A DNA stretch of 60,893 nucleotides, counting the filler. It is 3 parts of 3 records of this genome, joined end to end, with 100 filler letters (N's around TTAATTAATTAA, not from the genome) between each part and the next. Parts side by side here need not be neighbours in the genome. Positions count along the whole stretch, not along the records: positions 42,359 to 60,893 come from SRR20825006_612; 2 more parts are not named here. One strand, written 5' to 3'. The first letter of the stretch is position 1, and the number at the start of each line of letters is the position of its first letter. Shown here one piece after another: positions 56,711 to 60,893 of the stretch. The notes beneath the pieces are model-generated. The model searched no databases. It saw only the letters and a list, made by a program, of their open reading frames with translations, and was not told the origin of the DNA. The position numbers and the translations under genes were made by a program.

Positions 56711-58273
56711 ATGGCGAAAAGTGAATCTCCGAAAGGGATGCCGGGCAATTCGCAGATGACGGCCTCTTTCAGCGGCGCGGTGGATGTATCGCGGTCGCGT
56801 CATGTCACCATGGCGACCAAGGCAACGCATCTTCTCAAGCAAGGGCAGCTTGAGCCGGCTCGCAAATTGTTCACAGAGATTTTAAGCGAGAACGAGGATG
56901 ACGTGTTCGCAATGCATGGTATCGCTCTCGTTGCCCGTGATATGGGGCGATTGCCAACCTCTGTGGAGCTGATGAAGAAAGCTCTTGCGCTAGATCCGCG
57001 AAACCCAATGATTTCCAGCAATCTCGGGACAATTCACGAGGCAATGAAAGAGTATGAAGAAGCGCTGACCTGTTACAGGAATTCGCTCAAATGGGGCATT
57101 CGCGATGCTGCCATTCATAACAATATCGGTAGTGTTCTCTCAAAACTCGGACGCCGGACAGAGGCGCTTATTGCCTTCCGCAAGGCTCTAAAAGCGGGCG
57201 TCGAGTTTCCCGAGGCCATGACCAATATGGCGACGATGCTTGGTGATCTCGGGGATTTCAAGCAGGCGGACTATTACTTTCGCCGCGCTCTGGAACTGGA
57301 TCCGGAGAACCCGCATGCGCACCACAATCTCGGTTTTATGATGCTGCGTCAGGGACTCTGGGAAGAGGCCTGGTTTCATTGTGAATGGCGGATGGTGGCA
57401 ACCAATAAAGGAGTGCCGTGGCGGAAATTTCCGCAACCGCTTTGGAACGGGAATCCGTTTCAGGGCGCCCGGCTCATGCTTTATGCAGAGCAGGGGATTG
57501 GTGACGAGATACGGTTTGCGAGCATGATTCCGGAAGCTATTGCCCGCGGCGGCGAAGTGGTTGTCGAATGCGCTCCCCGCCTTGTGTCGCTCTTTCAGCG
57601 TTCCTTCCCCCAGGTTAGGGTCGTTCCCGCGAAATATTGGCCTGCAGAGGAAGGTGTGGAGCCGTTTGATATTGCGTGCCCCTTCGGAACCCTCGGGAGG
57701 TTGTTCAGGCAGGATAAAGAAAAATTCCCGGTTCATTCCGGATATATCAAGCCTGATCCGCAACTGGTCGAGGAGTTCCGGGAACGTCTGAAAACAGCCG
57801 GGCCGGGGCCATATGTAGGGCTGTGTTGGCGAAGTGGTCTGAGGGGAGCTTACCGAACCGAGTATTATTCCGAGATTGAAGACATGCGCGCTCTCATGAA
57901 GGTTGATGGTGTGACCTTTGTGAATTTGCAGTACGACGCAACTGCTGAAGAGCTGGAAACCGCGAAGTCGGAATTCGGTGTCGACCTCATTGCCTGGGAC
58001 GATGTGGATCTGAAGAATGAGCTGGAGAAAGCTGCCGCGCTCACGAGTTGCATGGATCTTGTTGTGAGTCCCGCGACTTCGGTTTCTGTTATGTCTGGAG
58101 CACTTGGTGTCGAGACGATCGAGTTCCGGCCATTCCCGATCTCAGATAGTTATTTCAAGAATGGCCGGTGCCCGTGGTTCCCGAGCGTGAGATATTTTGC
58201 GAAACGGCAATCCGAAAAATGGAACAAGGTTTTGCGCACCATTGCCGTCGAAATCGAGGCTTTAAAAGACTGA
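56711..58273 (+). CDS. TPR + GT-B protein, FlmG(FlbA)-like candidate flagellin glycosyltransferase
   Basis: Several N-terminal TPRs, then AEQGIGDE, APRLVSLFQRSFP, VGLCWRS, FVNLQYD, DLKNELEKAAALTSCMDLVVS. Confidence 0.75.
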   Translation: MAKSESPKGMPGNSQMTASFSGAVDVSRSRHVTMATKATHLLKQGQLEPARKLFTEILSENEDDVFAMHGIALVARDMGRLPTSVELMKKALALDPRNPMISSNLGTIHEAMKEYEEALTCYRNSLKWGIRDAAIHNNIGSVLSKLGRRTEALIAFRKALKAGVEFPEAMTNMATMLGDLGDFKQADYYFRRALELDPENPHAHHNLGFMMLRQGLWEEAWFHCEWRMVATNKGVPWRKFPQPLWNGNPFQGARLMLYAEQGIGDEIRFASMIPEAIARGGEVVVECAPRLVSLFQRSFPQVRVVPAKYWPAEEGVEPFDIACPFGTLGRLFRQDKEKFPVHSGYIKPDPQLVEEFRERLKTAGPGPYVGLCWRSGLRGAYRTEYYSEIEDMRALMKVDGVTFVNLQYDATAEELETAKSEFGVDLIAWDDVDLKNELEKAAALTSCMDLVVSPATSVSVMSGALGVETIEFRPFPISDSYFKNGRCPWFPSVRYFAKRQSEKWNKVLRTIAVEIEALKD

Positions 58274-58274
58274 G

Positions 58275-58589
58275 CTAATTTCCGTTCCGCAGCCGTCTTG
58301 AGGCTCGACGATAATCTTGCACCCGTGTTGCTCTGAGGGCTCGCGTTCCGTGCGACTTTATCAACTGGCACCAATGCGCGAATTCCTCGTGGCTGAGGCT
58401 GTATCGTTCACATGCCTGGTCGAGTGTAATCAGGCCGTCCTCGACGGCACGCACAACCTGTGCCTTGCGGCTGACGACCCACCGTTTGGTGTTTGCCGGC
58501 GGAAGTTTGGCAAACGGATCGTTCGAAGCCGGATTGGGTTCGATTGAATTTGGGGGCGATTTTATATTCTGCTGCTTTTCTGCGGTCAT
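58275..58589 (-). CDS. sciP: CtrA inhibitor SciP (DUF1153)
   Basis: LPPANTKRWVVSRKAQVV...ACERYSLSHEEF...LRATRVQDYR. Confidence 0.9.
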   Translation of the reverse strand: MTAEKQQNIKSPPNSIEPNPASNDPFAKLPPANTKRWVVSRKAQVVRAVEDGLITLDQACERYSLSHEEFAHWCQLIKSHGTRALRATRVQDYRRASRRLRNGN

Positions 58590-58642
58590 CTTTTCAACGC
58601 ATGATCAAAATGCCGGTCTCATGTAAAAATAAGCCGCGCTCC

Positions 58643-58657
58643 CTAAAAAAACCTTAA
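58643..58657 (-). promoter_or_regulatory. CtrA box upstream of sciP
   Basis: Minus strand TTAA-GGTTTTT-TTAG (TTAA-N7-TTAA with one mismatch). Confidence 0.65.
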
Positions 58658-58685
58658 GAGCCAGGACTTTCCGAAAATATTGAGT

Positions 58686-58714
58686 AAAAAAAAGCCCCGG
58701 CGAAACGCCGGGGC
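58686..58714 (-). terminator. Rho-independent terminator of flgE
   Basis: GCCCCGGCG-AAA-CGCCGGGGC hairpin with an A8 tract that reads as a U tract on the minus strand. Confidence 0.85.
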
Positions 58715-58750
58715 ATAAGAAAATCGGTAGAAAATGAGCGGAGGAGCCAC

Positions 58751-60061
58751 TTACCGCTTGATGCGGATGATTTCGTCCAGCAGCTCGTCACCGGTTGTGA
58801 TTATGCGAGTTGCAGCGGAATAGGCACGCTGCGTCACGATCAAATCGGTGAACTCGGTTGCAATATCGGTGGTCGAGTTCTCCAGAGCGCCAGATTGTAT
58901 CCGGCCCGTACCGCCGTTCGTCGGAATGCTGAGAACGATGTCGCCAGAGGTTGAGGTGACCCCGTAGGCGTTACCGTTCAGGGCACTCAATTCTGTCGCG
59001 GACGGGACTGTCCCGAGTGGCAGTCGATAGATGTTTCGGGTTTGCCCGTTGGCAAAGTTCGCTGCGACCAATCCGTCTTCAGTGATCGAAACACCTGTCA
59101 GAGCGGATGGGCCGGAGCCATCCTGGTTCAGCAGTGAGGTTTCAAACTCACCATTGAACTGCGACATGCCTGTCGGTTGGCCGAATGTGCCCCAGTTGAT
59201 TGTGATTGTGGCGGTATCAACCACGCGGCTGAATTCACCTGGGCCGATGGTCAAAGTCTCGGTTGCGGCTTCGTTCGTTGCGCCGGGGGCGACACCGTCC
59301 ACTGCCCGCAAGCTGCCATCGGTATTAAATACCATGGTGTGCGCACCGCCGCCAATCGAGACGGAGACGGCGGACGTCGTGCCCGGGTTCTGAACCAGAT
59401 CATAACGATATGTCCAGGTGTTTGCGGCAGCCGATTTTGTCCATGTCGTCCGGAGCAGATAGTCGAAGCCCTGGGAGTCATAAATCGTGATGTTGGTGAC
59501 GACCGACTCACCGGTGGCGGCGCCTGCTGGTACGTTGGCGTTTATGGTGACATCGTCCGTGGCGTTCGCGATCTGACCGAACTGGGACAGGTCGACTGTC
59601 TCAAGGCTGGTCAGCAGGTCGCGTGTGTCCTCGTTGACGATATTGCCGGAGACATCTGTGCGCCAGCCCTGCAGGTAATAGCCCGCCGTATTGACCAGGC
59701 GACCGTTCTCGTCCGTGTTGAAAGCACCGGCCCGGGTCAGCAGGTACTCGTCGTCCGCTCCCGGGTCCGCTGCGCCGTTGACTACGAAGAAGCCATTGCC
59801 GTCGACGGCGATGTCTGTCGTGCTGGTCGTGCCCTGCAGCAGGCCTTGTCGGCTCGGATCCGTCAGCGGCTTGCTCTGCACGCCACCGGGCGTAAAGGCC
59901 GTTGCGGTCGGGCTGCGGGTGACCAGGGTCTGGAACCGTGCTTGCGTCTCTTTATAGCCGACGGTTTGCGAGTTCGCGATGTTGTCAGAGATAATTCCGA
60001 ATGCGGTTGCTTGCGACGCGATCGCCGCAACACCCGCAAAAAGTCCACCGGTAACACTCAT
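58751..60061 (-). CDS. flgE: Flagellar hook protein FlgE
   Basis: ISDNIANSQTVGYK, DIAVDGNGFF, TRAGAF, LENSTTDIATEFTDLIVTQRAYSA. Confidence 0.95.
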   Translation of the reverse strand: MSVTGGLFAGVAAIASQATAFGIISDNIANSQTVGYKETQARFQTLVTRSPTATAFTPGGVQSKPLTDPSRQGLLQGTTSTTDIAVDGNGFFVVNGAADPGADDEYLLTRAGAFNTDENGRLVNTAGYYLQGWRTDVSGNIVNEDTRDLLTSLETVDLSQFGQIANATDDVTINANVPAGAATGESVVTNITIYDSQGFDYLLRTTWTKSAAANTWTYRYDLVQNPGTTSAVSVSIGGGAHTMVFNTDGSLRAVDGVAPGATNEAATETLTIGPGEFSRVVDTATITINWGTFGQPTGMSQFNGEFETSLLNQDGSGPSALTGVSITEDGLVAANFANGQTRNIYRLPLGTVPSATELSALNGNAYGVTSTSGDIVLSIPTNGGTGRIQSGALENSTTDIATEFTDLIVTQRAYSAATRIITTGDELLDEIIRIKR

Positions 60062-60170
60062 GTTAAATCTCCATTCACAAGGCCGGGGCGTAACCCGCCG
60101 GCCGTTTCTACCGATGATGCCGGTCTGGCATCGTGGCCGGGGGCTTCTCTATGGCCCCGGTCCTTCCGCC

Positions 60171-60839
60171 TTAAACGGCGGAAACGCGTGTTATTTCATT
60201 CATCTCGACGATGATCTTTCCGACCATCAGGCTTGGTCCGTCCTCGCCGGTGACAACACCGGTTACCAGTCCGACAGCCTCGACCTCGGCCGTTATGCCT
60301 TCGTTGTCGGCGTCGAGTGCATTGATCTGAATTGAATAGGGCCCGTTCGGTAGCTTTTCGCCATCCTCATTGGTACCGTCCCAGTTGAACTCAAAGCGTT
60401 CGCCGGAACCGGTCTGGCCTTCTTCCGAATAAACCAGATCACCAGCCGCGTTGAAGACGTTGACGGTGGTCGAGTTCGCCTCGGATTCGAGCAGGTAACC
60501 CCAACTCGCACCGTCATCGGTGAGATTGGTGTTGTTACCGTTGAAGATCACATGCTCGCCGATATAGTTGACCGCTGCCGCGTTCGTGTTTGCTGCCTGT
60601 GCGGAAACCAGGGACGCCAGGGACTTGTTGGTCTCGATTTGCTGCTCGACGGCGGTGAACTGGACCAACTGGTTGGTCATCTCGTTCGTATCCATCGGAC
60701 TGGTCGGATCCTGGTTTTGCAGCTGCGTCAGAAACAGCGTCAGGAACTGGTCGCGCTCGTCTTCGAGCCGCTCCTCTGTTGTCTGCTGTGCCGCGAAGAT
60801 GCTGGAGCCGCTTGTTGTGCTTGAAACTGCGTCCGCCAT
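60171..60839 (-). CDS. flgD: Flagellar hook capping protein FlgD
   Basis: FLTLFLTQLQNQDPTSPMD, QLVQFTAVEQ, FNWDG. Confidence 0.95.
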   Translation of the reverse strand: MADAVSSTTSGSSIFAAQQTTEERLEDERDQFLTLFLTQLQNQDPTSPMDTNEMTNQLVQFTAVEQQIETNKSLASLVSAQAANTNAAAVNYIGEHVIFNGNNTNLTDDGASWGYLLESEANSTTVNVFNAAGDLVYSEEGQTGSGERFEFNWDGTNEDGEKLPNGPYSIQINALDADNEGITAEVEAVGLVTGVVTGEDGPSLMVGKIIVEMNEITRVSAV

Positions 60840-60851
60840 GTCATCAGCCTC

Positions 60852-60893
60852 CTAGGCTACCAGGTTCAGCGACCCGTCGTCGCCGATACCGTC
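60852..60893 (-). CDS. C-terminal end of the upstream gene, probably hook-length control protein FliK
   Basis: Reads DGIGDDGSLNLVA* and stops at the flgD RBS; fliK-flgD-flgE order is common. Confidence 0.45.
   Translation of the reverse strand, partial: DGIGDDGSLNLVA

Noticed and set aside
1-60893. Mobile elements, prophage, defence systems, tRNA or rRNA
   Set aside because: No transposase, integrase, phage or nuclease motifs, and no tRNA or rRNA signatures, were recognised by eye

Overview
The window holds three alphaproteobacterial contigs joined by artificial 100-bp linkers (N44-TTAATTAATTAA-N44 at 24306-24405 and 42259-42358), so adjacency across linkers has no biological meaning. Contig A (1-24305, Rhodobacteraceae-like by inference) is an accessory catabolic region with four modules. 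(i) A LysR gene divergent from a P450, 2Fe-2S ferredoxin and TRAP-binding protein; the P450 I-helix has an atypical GGINEP motif. (ii) A XylR/DmpR-type V4R regulator whose AAA+ domain has lost its ATPase and sigma54 motifs, divergent from an operon for a 2,4'-dihydroxyacetophenone-dioxygenase-like cupin, an SDR, a LIV-type ABC transporter and a Zn-ADH. (iii) A GcvA-like LysR, a D-amino acid dehydrogenase and a DavB/IaaM-family monooxygenase with no amidase partner. (iv) An aspartate-dehydrogenase-like gene, TauE, a Tyr-less SDR and a Dpp-type ABC transporter. Contig B (24406-42258, Rhodospirillales-like by inference) is housekeeping: prs, M24 hydrolase, pgeF, MidA, lgt, hldD, ubiK, ybjN, proC, phasin with PhaR-type boxes, csaA, EnvZ/OmpR/MarR, ilvE, an ornithine decarboxylase with a probable speF-leader RNA, and an amidase. 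Contig C (42359-60893) is a ctrA-linked flagellar cluster. It lacks fliG between fliF and fliH, and carries an FlmG-like TPR-glycosyltransferase and an 818-aa FliK-like protein. No tRNA, rRNA, CRISPR array or transposase was seen. The best candidate for an undescribed system is the pseudo-ATPase V4R regulator with its alpha-hydroxyketone-cleavage operon and neighbouring P450. All family calls come from recognising motifs by eye; no database searches were run.
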